From: a virus
Virus record (IMG/VR): IMGVR_UViG_3300020180_000016
Span: 17,758 to 81,757 of that record
Length of the DNA: 64,000 nt
Strand: one strand, 5' to 3'
In this document: positions 1 through 10,026 of the stretch, in pieces
How positions within the stretch are numbered: position 1 is the stretch's first letter
Layout: every line of letters begins with the position of its first letter
Program-made: the position numbers and the translations under genes
Notes under the pieces: model-generated
Database searches by the model: none
Seen by the model: only the letters and a program-made list of their open reading frames with translations
What the model was told of the DNA's origin: nothing

Positions 1-1
1 A

Positions 2-1000
2 TTCTGTAAAGGCAAGTATTTCTGGATTGTTGGAGAATCATCGTCAGGCAAGACGTTTCTGACACTCGGTGTGTTGGCGGAAGCTGCCCGTAATAAGAGT
101 TTCGATGACTACGATCTCATCTTCGATAATGCCGAAGATGGGGCTCTGATGGATGTGGACCGGTATTTTGGTCACCAACTGGCTGAACGACTTCAGCCGC
201 CAGCCGTAGACGAAGACGGTGAACCCATCTATTCAAGGTTGACAGAAGAGTTCTATTTCAATCTGGACGACAGACTTATCCAGGTCGAGAAAGGGAAAGC
301 CAAGCCATTCATTTACCTGCTGGACAGCATGGACTCTTTGGGTACGAAATGCGCCAGAGAGAAGTTCAAAGAGAACAAGACGGCAACTCGTAAAGGTACG
401 AAGCCCAAAGGTGATTACGGTGACGGCAAGGCTAAGATAAACTCGACGTGGATTCGAGACATCACGTCTAGGATTCGAGACACCAATTCTATTTTGATCG
501 TGCTCTCGCAAGAGCGAGACAAGATGGACGCGACGATGTTCGATCCTGAGAAAGCCGTCGTCGCTGGTGGTCGAGCTCTGAAGTTCTACGCGTCTTTTCA
601 ACTCTGGTTGTCGGTCGGTAGGACTTTGTACAAGAACGTGAACGGCAATAGACGGCAGACCGGCATCATTTGCCGGACGTCGATCCGCAAGAACAGATTG
701 TCCGGAAAACAGTGGAGCGTCGAGGTCCCGATCCATTGGTCCTACGGTATCGACGACATTGGGTCGATGGTGGACTTTCTCGTCAAAGAAAAGAAATGGA
801 AGCGGGGTAAATCAGACGAGGGAGACAGCGGACCGATCACAGCTGAGGATTTTGGCTTCGTCGGTCCTCGAGAAGAGTTGATTGATTTGATCGAGACTGG
901 TGGTAAGCCGATGGAGTTGAGTCTGGTAGACCTCGTGGAAGAGGTCTGGAAGGATATTGAAGTCCAATGCACATTGGACAGGAAACCTAAGTACGATTAA
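2..1000 (+). CDS. recA: RecA/UvsX-like recombinase (5' end outside window)
   Basis: Frame is open from base 2; Walker A GESSSGKT upstream of the track start, Walker B YLLDSMDSL, SQERDK, GGRALKFYAS and KNR motifs. Confidence 0.9.
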   Translation, partial: FCKGKYFWIVGESSSGKTFLTLGVLAEAARNKSFDDYDLIFDNAEDGALMDVDRYFGHQLAERLQPPAVDEDGEPIYSRLTEEFYFNLDDRLIQVEKGKAKPFIYLLDSMDSLGTKCAREKFKENKTATRKGTKPKGDYGDGKAKINSTWIRDITSRIRDTNSILIVLSQERDKMDATMFDPEKAVVAGGRALKFYASFQLWLSVGRTLYKNVNGNRRQTGIICRTSIRKNRLSGKQWSVEVPIHWSYGIDDIGSMVDFLVKEKKWKRGKSDEGDSGPITAEDFGFVGPREELIDLIETGGKPMELSLVDLVEEVWKDIEVQCTLDRKPKYD

Positions 1001-1012
1001 GGAGATGGCACG

Positions 1013-1204
1013 ATGCTCGTACTGTCCAGGCAGAAAAATGAGTCAATCATCATCGGCGACAATATCGTCATCGCGGTATTGGACATCCGAGGGGACACGG
1101 TTCGGATGGGAATTCAGGCTCCTAAGAACGTGACTGTCCACCGTCAAGAGGTGTACGAGTTAATCAAGCGAGAGCAGGCTCGGTTAGGAACTCCTCCACC
1201 GTGA
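1013..1204 (+). CDS. csrA: Carbon storage regulator CsrA/RsmA
   Basis: [18 protein letters not shown]...[16 protein letters not shown] is the canonical CsrA pattern; AAGGAG RBS. Confidence 0.95.
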   Translation: MLVLSRQKNESIIIGDNIVIAVLDIRGDTVRMGIQAPKNVTVHRQEVYELIKREQARLGTPPP

Positions 1205-2058
1205 CAACCACACTCTTGGTAGACTGTCATTATATGGCTTGGCGTGCATTCTACACGACAGGAAAGATGAGTCACGAGGGACAGTTTACGGGAGTGGCTT
1301 TTGGCATTCTGAGAGACATCGCTGGGTTAGTCCAATTGCATGGAGCGACCCGGGCGGTGTTGGCATTCGACAGCAAGGTTAGTCGGCGGAAAGAGATTTA
1401 CTCCGACTACAAAATTCGGCGAAGTAAAGAAAATCAAACCGAAGAGCAGCTCCGAGATCGAGAGGCATTCTTCCAGCAGATTGGTCGGCTGAAGAATGAT
1501 TTGCTGGGTCGATGGGGTTATCGCAACATCCTGGAGATTGTCGGTTACGAGGCTGACGACATCATTGCGGCTATCGCAGCCGATTTACCAACCAAGGATC
1601 AGGCGGTAATCATATCTGCTGATAAGGATTTGCTGCAATGCCTCCGGCCTAATGTCGTGCTTTATAATCCGACACAGAAAAAGGCCACCACTTACGAGTC
1701 GTTCCGGACAAAGTGGAAACTCCATCCGATGCAGTGGGCTGAGGTCAAGGCCATTGCTGGTTGCGGGACAGACGACGTGCCGGGAATTCCAGGGGTGGCT
1801 GAAGCGACGGCTGCTCTGTGGGTGCGAGGTTTGCTCAAAGAGAAGTCGAAGAAGCGGCAAGACATTGAGAACAATCTCGATATGATTAGTCGCAATAGGA
1901 AGCTCGTCGACTTGCCGTTTCCTGGATTGGTTCTACCGCCGCTGCAAGACGATCAGATCACAGATGCCACTAAGGCCGACGTTGAGGCTGAGCTTGGTAT
2001 CCGAGCAAAGCGAGTATCTGGATCAAGAAAAGACGATGCACGGAAGGGGTTCTGGTGA
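1201..2058 (+). CDS. 5'-3' exonuclease (Pol I N-terminal / flap endonuclease type)
   Basis: [39 protein letters not shown] motifs. Confidence 0.9.
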   Translation: MTTTLLVDCHYMAWRAFYTTGKMSHEGQFTGVAFGILRDIAGLVQLHGATRAVLAFDSKVSRRKEIYSDYKIRRSKENQTEEQLRDREAFFQQIGRLKNDLLGRWGYRNILEIVGYEADDIIAAIAADLPTKDQAVIISADKDLLQCLRPNVVLYNPTQKKATTYESFRTKWKLHPMQWAEVKAIAGCGTDDVPGIPGVAEATAALWVRGLLKEKSKKRQDIENNLDMISRNRKLVDLPFPGLVLPPLQDDQITDATKADVEAELGIRAKRVSGSRKDDARKGFW

Positions 2059-2960
2059 TGTTTTGGATTCAGACACTCGAGGGGTTTCCGTTTGATCTTG
2101 AAAATCCTGAAGCTGGTAAGATCAGTCCTGGGGCAATCTCTACTGGATTGTCAAGGCGATACTGGCGGCACCGCGGGAACATGCCGCTGATGCAGCCTGA
2201 CGTCTCACCCGTGGCCATCAATCAGCTCCGGGATGCGATCTCGGCGTACTTCCGCCAGAACGAGGGGCGTGGCCACCGTTGCACGGTCGACGCCTACTTG
2301 AGGGTGAATCGGTATCACTACTTCTTCGCTTACCCGGACGACTACGCGGACACGTACCTGGGACATGATGAACAAGGTCAGTTCATCCGTCGCCCCCAGC
2401 GTCCGGCGTTCGAGATTATCTTTCTGTTCGACCCTGTAGACGGAACGCTGGATATCTACGCCCACGGCGGAAAGGTCGTGCAGGAGTCGCTCCAGACGAT
2501 CTTCTGTCGCACTCTGCTCGGCCAGGAATTGCCTCCGGAGTCTCCGCTGGGCCATCCGTATGAACTCAACGGCCTCAAGTCTCGCAACTTCCTGACGACC
2601 GCCCGGCAGACCGATCCCGAAGACGGCATCGAAGAGATTCAGATCCGCAAGCTCAGGCTCTCAGTCCTGGGTGGGGCCAAGCGCCGGATCACCCTCGAGG
2701 CCGATCCCGATGGCGGCCCCAGATCGATCTACAACATGCTGGATGAATGCCTCAACCGCCACAATCTGCCGGACGCGATGTTCAACATCACGCTGGCCCA
2801 GTTCCACTTCCGCTTCGTCCACACCGGGCAGGGCCGCCAGCGGACGCTGACATTCGAGGTGTCCCACCCCAACAGCAGCAACCTCAAAAGCTGCCGTCAC
2901 GAAGATCTACGGATGATCGGAGACAAGTACATGCGCCGCTGGGAAATCGACCGTGCTTGA
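2055..2960 (+). CDS. Chimeric ORF: 34-aa HD-hydrolase N-terminus fused in frame to the 3' part of a foreign hypothetical gene
   Basis: [25 protein letters not shown] resembles YfbR/HD N-termini; codon style becomes GC-richer at about 2157. Confidence 0.55.
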   Translation: MMFWIQTLEGFPFDLENPEAGKISPGAISTGLSRRYWRHRGNMPLMQPDVSPVAINQLRDAISAYFRQNEGRGHRCTVDAYLRVNRYHYFFAYPDDYADTYLGHDEQGQFIRRPQRPAFEIIFLFDPVDGTLDIYAHGGKVVQESLQTIFCRTLLGQELPPESPLGHPYELNGLKSRNFLTTARQTDPEDGIEEIQIRKLRLSVLGGAKRRITLEADPDGGPRSIYNMLDECLNRHNLPDAMFNITLAQFHFRFVHTGQGRQRTLTFEVSHPNSSNLKSCRHEDLRMIGDKYMRRWEIDRA

Positions 2961-3096
2961 TATTCCCCCAATTCATCCTGGACCGCAAGCGGTCGAACGC
3001 GCCCGTCTTCACTTCAGAAGAGGTTGCTCGGTGGCCCCATGGGTTGGTGGACCGACTCGTCGCTGATGGGCGGGCTCCGTGGTCGATGTCCTCACG

Positions 3097-3156
3097 CTGT
3101 GCCGATATCTAGGGCATTGCTTGTCGTTCTATTCTGTTCTGGCGGCGGTTAGCTGA
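3097..3156 (+). pseudogene. Continuation of the interrupted HD-domain (YfbR-like) phosphohydrolase, truncated
   Basis: LCRYLGHCLSFYSV continues ...GLSR from 2156, giving the family pattern LSR.CR(F/Y).GH...FYSV; stops before the HD catalytic residues. Confidence 0.65.
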
Positions 3157-3177
3157 TTTGATCTCAGAGAGGAATAC

Positions 3178-3651
3178 ATGACAGAGGGTGTTACTATTCT
3201 TGCGGTAGATCCTGGAACTAAGACTGGGTGGGCCCATTCGTGCGGCACCTCTGGTACCTGGGATCTAAAGGTCAAAAAAGATGAATCTTCAGGGATGCGA
3301 CTTATCCGTCTGCGTGGTAAGTTGACAGAGATGAAGGCGAATGTAGGTGTGACGATTCTGGCCTACGAAGCTAATCGCTATTCCGGACAAGGTAAGAGAG
3401 GAAGTGCCCAAGTCGTACAATCGGAGTTCCAAGCTCTGATTAAAGTATGGTGCCTAGACAACGCTGTGGAGTTCTCCGGCTTGTCGTCTTCCGAGATCAA
3501 GAGCTTTGCGACCGGCAGAGGTAACGCCAGCAAGCAAGAGATGATCGATGCTGCAATCAAGAAATGGCGACGACCGTTCGACGAGAAAGACAACAATGAA
3601 GTCGATGCTCTGTGGTTGCTTGAGTTCGCAAAAGAAAGATTCTTAGTGTGA
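3178..3651 (+). CDS. RuvC-like Holliday junction resolvase
   Basis: ILAVDPGTKTGWA, YE, IKSFATGRGNASKQEM, NEVDA. Confidence 0.85.
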   Translation: MTEGVTILAVDPGTKTGWAHSCGTSGTWDLKVKKDESSGMRLIRLRGKLTEMKANVGVTILAYEANRYSGQGKRGSAQVVQSEFQALIKVWCLDNAVEFSGLSSSEIKSFATGRGNASKQEMIDAAIKKWRRPFDEKDNNEVDALWLLEFAKERFLV

Positions 3652-4658
3652 TCGACCATCTTTTAATCCAGAATTTCCAGAAGTTTAGTAGGCTGAGGGT
3701 CGATTTCGACCCTCAAATCACGGTGTTGGTTGGCCCTTCAGATACCGGTAAATCCACCACACTGCGAGCTCTGCGATGGGTTGGATTGAATGCGGCCGGA
3801 GACTCGTTCATCAAGCACGGTGAGCGAGGCACCACCGTGCAGGTGTTTGCCGAAGGTCGAAAGATTACTCGCCGTCGTGGAGATAACGTCAACACGTATC
3901 TCTTAGACGATGCAGAGTTCAAGGCTTTTGGGGTCAGAGTCCCAGATCCCATCCAGTCGGTGCTCAATCTGAGCCCACTCAATTTCCAAGATCAACACGA
4001 TGCAGCCTACTGGTTTTCGTCGACCGCTGGTGAAGTGTCGCGGCAGTTGAACGCGATTGTTGACTTGAGTGTGATTGATGAATCACTTTCGGCAATCAGT
4101 AAACGAATTCGGTCCAGTCAACTTGCCGTTGAGATAAATCGAACGACACTGAGCGAGGCCAAATCACAACGAGATTCTTTGGCTTGGGTCCTCACCGCCG
4201 ATATCGAGCTCCAGCACCTGGAAGCTCTCAACCAAAAGAAGGTGCTTAAAACCACCTACACGGTGCGGTTGGCTGACCTAATACTACGTACCAGGTCACG
4301 GCAGCAGCACCAGCAAACGGTAAGGCAAGCCATTTCTTCCGGCGTTGCCGTTGTTGAGCTGGGGGCTGCCGTGCAAAGGCAAAAGATGAAGGTTGATCGG
4401 CTGTTGGTCTTGACCTCAAGAATCAGAAAGTCGGAGAAGATTCGCCAAAGGCCGATCCCTGATATCACCAGGTTGGAAGATCTCAAGAAACAAATCCAAT
4501 CAAAATCAACAGGTCGTCTGATTCGTTGGATTCAGACCTTTAAGAAATCAAAAGCCACACACGATGCGTTGGTGCGAAGATATGAAGGTTTGAAGGAGAA
4601 GAAAGAGGCGGTGACTGGAGTTATTTGCCCAACCTGTCGGAGACCTATAGATGTCTGA
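3648..4658 (+). CDS. SbcC/Rad50-like ATPase, N-terminal half
   Basis: IQNFQ, Walker A GPSDTGKS, Q-loop, coiled coil, ends at zinc hook CPTC. Confidence 0.8.
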   Translation: MIDHLLIQNFQKFSRLRVDFDPQITVLVGPSDTGKSTTLRALRWVGLNAAGDSFIKHGERGTTVQVFAEGRKITRRRGDNVNTYLLDDAEFKAFGVRVPDPIQSVLNLSPLNFQDQHDAAYWFSSTAGEVSRQLNAIVDLSVIDESLSAISKRIRSSQLAVEINRTTLSEAKSQRDSLAWVLTADIELQHLEALNQKKVLKTTYTVRLADLILRTRSRQQHQQTVRQAISSGVAVVELGAAVQRQKMKVDRLLVLTSRIRKSEKIRQRPIPDITRLEDLKKQIQSKSTGRLIRWIQTFKKSKATHDALVRRYEGLKEKKEAVTGVICPTCRRPIDV

Positions 4659-5619
4659 ATTGCTTGCGGTGCTGTGCTCCGATCTTCATTTCTCATTAAA
4701 TCCGCCGTCAGCCAGATCAGTTGAGACTGACTGGTACGGTGTGATGGAGCGGCAGTTTCGTCAGATCATTGATTTGCAACAGAACGACAACGACCCGGTG
4801 CCTTTGATTGTGGCCGGGGATATCTTTGATAGATGGAATCCGCCACCAGAGCTCATCAACTTCGTGATGCGGTTGTTTGACGAGGTGTGTGTCGATCCTC
4901 AAGATTATGGGACTGGAGTCTACTCGATTCCTGGGCAGCATGATCTGCCTAATCATCAACTTAGCCAGATTCATAGATCGGCATATGGAAGTCTGGTGCA
5001 GGCCAAAATGGTCACCGACCTGCATACACCTATTGAGATTCATGCAAATCAAGTGAATCTGATTCTGCATCCGTTTCCGTGGGGAGTTCCGATTACACCT
5101 CGAGTGAGGGTGGAAGCTAGATATCCTACCATTCATCTCGCAGTGGTTCACAGTTTCATTTGGGTGCCTGGTTGCGGTTATGAAGGCGCTCCGGTTGGAA
5201 AACTATCCTCATCTTACGCAGAATCGTTGGCCGGCTATGACGCAGCCGTGTTCGGAGACAACCACCAAGGATTCAGTCGTGACGAGATGTGTGGGGATGC
5301 AATCTGCCGTGTCGTCAACTGCGGGACGTTTCTTCGCCGACGGATTGATGAAGTCAAATATCAGCCTCGGGTAGGTTTGCTCTATGATGATGGAACCATC
5401 AAAGAGCATTACCTAGATGTCGCACAAGATAAATTCCTGGAAGAGCCGTTAGCTCGGATTCACGAGAGGTTAGAAATCGACGCAACCAAGCTCTTGGACG
5501 GTTTTCGTTCGTTGGGCTCTGATTCGTTAGATTTCAGACAGGCTCTTCAGATTTGTTTTGAATTACAGAGCACAGACAAAGCCGTTCGTGATATTGTGAT
5601 GGATTGTATGAAATCGTGA
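4651..5619 (+). CDS. SbcD/Mre11-like metallophosphoesterase nuclease
   Basis: SDLH, AGDIFD, PGQHD, GDNH motifs. Confidence 0.85.
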   Translation: MSELLAVLCSDLHFSLNPPSARSVETDWYGVMERQFRQIIDLQQNDNDPVPLIVAGDIFDRWNPPPELINFVMRLFDEVCVDPQDYGTGVYSIPGQHDLPNHQLSQIHRSAYGSLVQAKMVTDLHTPIEIHANQVNLILHPFPWGVPITPRVRVEARYPTIHLAVVHSFIWVPGCGYEGAPVGKLSSSYAESLAGYDAAVFGDNHQGFSRDEMCGDAICRVVNCGTFLRRRIDEVKYQPRVGLLYDDGTIKEHYLDVAQDKFLEEPLARIHERLEIDATKLLDGFRSLGSDSLDFRQALQICFELQSTDKAVRDIVMDCMKS

Positions 5620-5855
5620 CATACTCAGAACCACCTTACATTCCGACACCAGACGAAGTCCGTGACCGGCTCGAGGCTTTGAACTGGATGCGAGAGATGT
5701 CTTGGCACGTCGAGGTGGTTGACACAATTTTCTATCACGATACACCAGAACTACCCACCGTCCGGTTGATGGTGTGGAAATACGGTCCGGTAGAAGCTTA
5801 TCTTCGGATAGTAGCGATTCTAGATTTGGAGCATGTCTTAGATGAATCTCGATGA
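5604..5855 (+). CDS. Hypothetical protein
   Basis: Fills the gap in a tightly packed operon. Confidence 0.45.
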   Translation: MYEIVTYSEPPYIPTPDEVRDRLEALNWMREMSWHVEVVDTIFYHDTPELPTVRLMVWKYGPVEAYLRIVAILDLEHVLDESR

Positions 5856-6087
5856 GTATGAACGGATCAAGCGAGAAGTTGACGTCGCCAAATCAGATGC
5901 TGAGCGTGAGGCTGGTGTAATCCAAGAACAGCTTCGTAGTCTGAAGCAGGAGTTTGGCGAGGATTCTCTTGATGCCGCTGAGATCTTGCTCGAGAAAGAG
6001 ACTCAGGTTCTGGCCCAGTTAGAATCCGATTACACCGCTGAGATGGTGAAGTTTCGTGAGGTGTGGAAGGATTTGAAATGCTGTTGA
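5842..6087 (+). CDS. Small coiled-coil protein (possible SbcC middle segment)
   Basis: Heptad-rich; lies between the two SbcC halves. Confidence 0.55.
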   Translation: MNLDEYERIKREVDVAKSDAEREAGVIQEQLRSLKQEFGEDSLDAAEILLEKETQVLAQLESDYTAEMVKFREVWKDLKCC

Positions 6088-6171
6088 AAGACATAGCCGA
6101 TCACAATATCCGATCAGTCGCTCTGAAACTATCTTAGATGATAGGTTTCATGTACACCTTAGGGGTTTTGT

Positions 6172-6753
6172 GTGATCCAAGATTTACGGCGGCAGTTGAA
6201 TCTATTGTTGGATCGACACAGGTCTCTCGAGATGGTAGTGCAGAGAGAATCTCAAGGACTGATTCAATCGGTTGAGCTTCTCTCTAACTGCGAAGAGGCT
6301 GGTAAGATTCTCCAGGCCGTCGCCGTCAAGGTTCAGCAGGACGCCCATCAAGGGATTGCGGCTGTGGTGAGTCGGTGCCTCGAGACAATCTTTGACGAGC
6401 CGTATCGATTCGAATTGCAGTTTGAGCAGAAGCGAGGTAAGACCGAAGCTCAGTTGACTCTGTTGCGAGGCGATCTGACATTTGTCGATCCGTTGCATGA
6501 GGTGGGTGGTGGGGTGATCGACGTCGCCGCCTTTGCTCTGCGTCTTGCATGTCTGGTATTAGAACGTCCGCCAAAGAGGCGAGTGCTGATTCTTGACGAA
6601 CCTTTCGGAAATCTTCGCGGCCAGCACCATCGACGAAAGATGCGAGCTCTGGTACAGGCTCTGGCTGAGGATTTCCAAGTCCAGTTTATCATCAACATCG
6701 ACCACGATCAGTTTCCCGAGTTCTTGGATTGCAAGGTTATTGAATTTAGTTAG
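6172..6753 (+). CDS. SbcC/Rad50-like ATPase, C-terminal half
   Basis: Coiled coil, signature-like GGGVIDVAAFALR, Walker B/D-loop LILDEPFGNL. Confidence 0.8.
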   Translation: MIQDLRRQLNLLLDRHRSLEMVVQRESQGLIQSVELLSNCEEAGKILQAVAVKVQQDAHQGIAAVVSRCLETIFDEPYRFELQFEQKRGKTEAQLTLLRGDLTFVDPLHEVGGGVIDVAAFALRLACLVLERPPKRRVLILDEPFGNLRGQHHRRKMRALVQALAEDFQVQFIINIDHDQFPEFLDCKVIEFS

Positions 6754-6762
6754 GTGAGAAGA

Positions 6763-7779
6763 ATGCCGTCGAATGACTCAGTCGCGAATGATTTGCGGTG
6801 GAAGAAGTTTCCGTTGCTCAGTGACGGATTTGTGTGCCTAGTCGATGTGATGGGAGATGATTACTCGGTTGTGCAGGCCGCCCGAGTAAGCTACGGTAAG
6901 GATACCAGGTTTAATCAGGTCTGCTCTGGTGGTGGTGAGCCTTATTTGGATCAGAGCGAGAAATCGAAGAAAGAGGATCTCAATCTTCTTCGGTACCTGA
7001 TGCGGCATCGACACACCACTCCGTTCGAGATGGCCGAGGTGAAGTTGCTCATCCGGGTTCCGATGGATTTGTGGCGGCAATGGATTCGGCACAGGACGGC
7101 GAATGTGAATGAGTACAGCACCCGCTATGCGCCGGCGATTGACTCGATGGATGTTACACCACCTGATGCCTGGCGGTCTCAGAGCGGTGCAAATAAACAA
7201 GGTTCTTCGGGTTTTGTGACTGAGTGGCCGAAGGCATTGAAACCTGATGGTGAAGGGTTGATTTCTGCTGGTGACTATCTTTCGACGGAAGAGAGGAATT
7301 TCCACGATCAGGCCAGGAGACTTTATGAGAAGAGGTTGGCCTTAGGCGTCGCCAAGGAGCAGGCCCGGAAAGATCTCCCTCTAAGCAATTATACTGAGGC
7401 TTACTGGAAGTGCGATTTGCATAATGTGCTCCATTTCCTCGGGCTGCGGATGGACAGCCATGCTCAGAAGGAGATCCGAGACTATGCGACGACCGTCGGC
7501 GAGCAGATCATCAAGCCGTTGTTCCCGGCGGTCTGGGAAGCCTTCGTCGACTACCGAATGAAATCCATGCAATTGACACGGCTGGACATCGAGATTATTC
7601 AAGAGATTCGATCGCTTGAAGGATTCCTTTTGGTCGGTGAGCATGAGGCTGCCGACAAAGAGAAGAGATTTCTTGCAGCCTGCACGAACCTCGGCTTCTG
7701 GCCAGAAGACAAAAGCAGAGAGCGAGACGAGTGCCGAGCCAAATTGGAACGGCTCAGTCTGCTCCCTACCAAGATATGA
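6763..7779 (+). CDS. thyX: Flavin-dependent thymidylate synthase
   Basis: AARVSY, HTTPFE, RHRTANVNEYSTRY (RHRx7S), EQAR..LP, LR.DSHAQ.EIR. Confidence 0.95.
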   Translation: MPSNDSVANDLRWKKFPLLSDGFVCLVDVMGDDYSVVQAARVSYGKDTRFNQVCSGGGEPYLDQSEKSKKEDLNLLRYLMRHRHTTPFEMAEVKLLIRVPMDLWRQWIRHRTANVNEYSTRYAPAIDSMDVTPPDAWRSQSGANKQGSSGFVTEWPKALKPDGEGLISAGDYLSTEERNFHDQARRLYEKRLALGVAKEQARKDLPLSNYTEAYWKCDLHNVLHFLGLRMDSHAQKEIRDYATTVGEQIIKPLFPAVWEAFVDYRMKSMQLTRLDIEIIQEIRSLEGFLLVGEHEAADKEKRFLAACTNLGFWPEDKSRERDECRAKLERLSLLPTKI

Positions 7780-7782
7780 AAG

Positions 7783-8010
7783 ATGGCGATGCGAGGAAAA
7801 CCGACTCGGCATGTTCCGGGAACAGAGGGTAAAGTCCTAGCCCTCATCAAAAGGTATGAGGATGGCTTTGATATGTTTCATCCACAAGATGCGACGTATG
7901 ACGGTCGAGTGCTGGCTACTGATGACGGTAAGAAGGTGGCCGATAATCGCGGTCGACGACCCAAGAAGATGAAACCTTTGCAAGAAGATTCTACCGACGT
8001 CGTAGAATAG
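7783..8010 (+). CDS. Hypothetical protein
   Basis: Operon position directly after thyX. Confidence 0.5.
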   Translation: MAMRGKPTRHVPGTEGKVLALIKRYEDGFDMFHPQDATYDGRVLATDDGKKVADNRGRRPKKMKPLQEDSTDVVE

Positions 8011-8028
8011 TGTGAAAGGAGATCTTTT

Positions 8029-8280
8029 ATGCCTAGCACACTCACGATGCCGGACATGGTGGAAGTACCCGTCACGTCTCCGCAGATGAAGAAGAAGTTC
8101 CGATACGACCATTGTTGTCCGTCGTGCGGCGAGTCGATTTCGTTTCAATCATTTTTGGCACTCTTCGCTGGTGAGCCTGTTCAGAAATTCACGGCGAGGA
8201 AGAGATCAAGATGTCCGCTGTGTGGTGATTTTGTTGAGGTCGAGCTCTGTCTGGAGTTCTCAATCCGAGAGGTGAGGTAG
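8029..8280 (+). CDS. Zinc-ribbon protein
   Basis: CPSCG...CPLCG; AAGGAG RBS. Confidence 0.6.
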   Translation: MPSTLTMPDMVEVPVTSPQMKKKFRYDHCCPSCGESISFQSFLALFAGEPVQKFTARKRSRCPLCGDFVEVELCLEFSIREVR

Positions 8281-8856
8281 ATGAGGAAGATCTTTTGTGT
8301 GCCGACTCGATGGGTCGGCGGCTACGTGAATATGGACACGTTGAATTTTGCACCCGATCGGATTAACTCTGTGAGGCGGCTGCTCGAGCAGGGCGAGATG
8401 CGGCCGATGGGTGAGCATAAAGAATTGGAAGACGACGAGAACTGGAAGCAGATCATCCCGTACATCGTCTTCCGGTGCGGGCCGTTCTTCTTGCAATACA
8501 ATCGCGGATCAACGGCCGGTGAGCAGCGGTTGAAGGAGTTCACTTCGATTGGAATCGGTGGGCATATGGAAAGCCCACATCTGATTACCAATATGCTCCG
8601 AGAGGTCGAGGAAGAGGTCTCGATCAGCGGTCTCTGGAGCCCTACGTTCCGCTATTGTGGGCTGGTGTATGATCCGACGACACCGGTTGGCCGAGTCCAT
8701 CTGGGTTTGGTGTTCGTTGTCGAGGCTCCTCATCCGGACAGGTTTCGATTCGAGGCTCGAAAAGAGACGAACAAGCTGCGATTCAATCTGCTAGGCGAGA
8801 TTGAGAAATACGAGCAATGGTCGCAGGCGATCATCAACAACCTCAAGGGTCTCTGA
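8281..8856 (+). CDS. Nudix-family phosphoesterase (COG4112-like)
   Basis: KQIIPY, EQRL...SIGIGGH, REVEEE, VGRVHLG. Confidence 0.8.
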   Translation: MRKIFCVPTRWVGGYVNMDTLNFAPDRINSVRRLLEQGEMRPMGEHKELEDDENWKQIIPYIVFRCGPFFLQYNRGSTAGEQRLKEFTSIGIGGHMESPHLITNMLREVEEEVSISGLWSPTFRYCGLVYDPTTPVGRVHLGLVFVVEAPHPDRFRFEARKETNKLRFNLLGEIEKYEQWSQAIINNLKGL

Positions 8857-9156
8857 TGATGCAGATTGACCGTGAGGTATATCTGCTTGGTGTCAAAATA
8901 GGCGGCTCGGCACGTTGGCGGTATGATAGACGTGTCCGAAATCGTAATAGGCTGCACAGAACCAAACCCATCAAGACAAGATGGAGCCTAGGATGAAATT
9001 CCCTCTTGAGATGTATCCGATTGTTCTGATGCTGCTGCAACCAGTGGTCACTCGGTACACTCACATTCCGCCGTGGAGCGAACTGTGCCACCCACTCTTA
9101 AGACGATTGATGGGCAAGAAGTGGTTCGACGTAAAATTCTTCACGGTGAATAGATT

Positions 9157-10026
9157 ATGCCTAGTGGTGACGATCTCCAAGAAAGTCGTAATGGCGGACT
9201 TCGTAGGAATCAGGTCAGAGCCCGCCTACGAAAACGGCTTACACGAGTCGAGGAATTGATGCTGAGAGGCGTCACGTCTCCTAAGCAAATCGCTCTGGCT
9301 TTTGGCGTCTTGCCAAGACGAGCCAGTATCTGGATGAAAAAGATTCGTGATTCTTGGCAGACCCGAGACAAAGAACGTACCCAAGAAGATCGACGAACAA
9401 TCCGTATCAAGCAACTGGAAAATATCGCGATTCTGGCTCTCAGTGAATTTGCCCAGTCCAAGAAAAATTCAAAAGAGAAGGCAGTAGTGAGTCAGACGTG
9501 CCGGCAATGCCACGGCGACAAGATTGTCATGGACAAGAATGAAATCTGTCAAACTTGTGAAGGACTGAAAATCGACGAGACATTTCCAGGCCAATACTCG
9601 ATGTGTATGGACTGTAATGGCACAGGATTCGGAACTAAAAGATGTCGAGAATGTAGAGGCACGGGAGAGACAAAGATCAATACGTTAAAGGTGAAGCAGG
9701 AGTGCGGTGACCCGGCATATCTCACTATTGCGAAAGCCGCCTTTCTTGAATGTGCCCGACTTGAAGGCCTGACCTTCGACAGTAGAATAACCCTTGGAAA
9801 ACAGCTTATTGAAGCGTCTGCTGGTGTAGACGGTGTGATTTCGCAGAAGATTGAAGAGATATACTTTGATGCACCCGTCGATGTAATCATTCAAGCTATG
9901 GCGGCGATGGATGAGTTGAGACGGAAAGGTACGAGAATTGACCCACCACCAAATACTGACCAGACGGCCAGGGGCGAACCCGGTACTGGGTTGACCATAG
10001 AGATTGACCCGACTAAGAATGAATAG
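9157..10026 (+). CDS. HTH protein with DnaJ-type zinc finger; candidate terminase small subunit
   Basis: N-terminal HTH-like segment (PKQIALAFGV), four CxxCxG repeats, TerS-like helical C-terminus. Confidence 0.45.
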   Translation: MPSGDDLQESRNGGLRRNQVRARLRKRLTRVEELMLRGVTSPKQIALAFGVLPRRASIWMKKIRDSWQTRDKERTQEDRRTIRIKQLENIAILALSEFAQSKKNSKEKAVVSQTCRQCHGDKIVMDKNEICQTCEGLKIDETFPGQYSMCMDCNGTGFGTKRCRECRGTGETKINTLKVKQECGDPAYLTIAKAAFLECARLEGLTFDSRITLGKQLIEASAGVDGVISQKIEEIYFDAPVDVIIQAMAAMDELRRKGTRIDPPPNTDQTARGEPGTGLTIEIDPTKNE

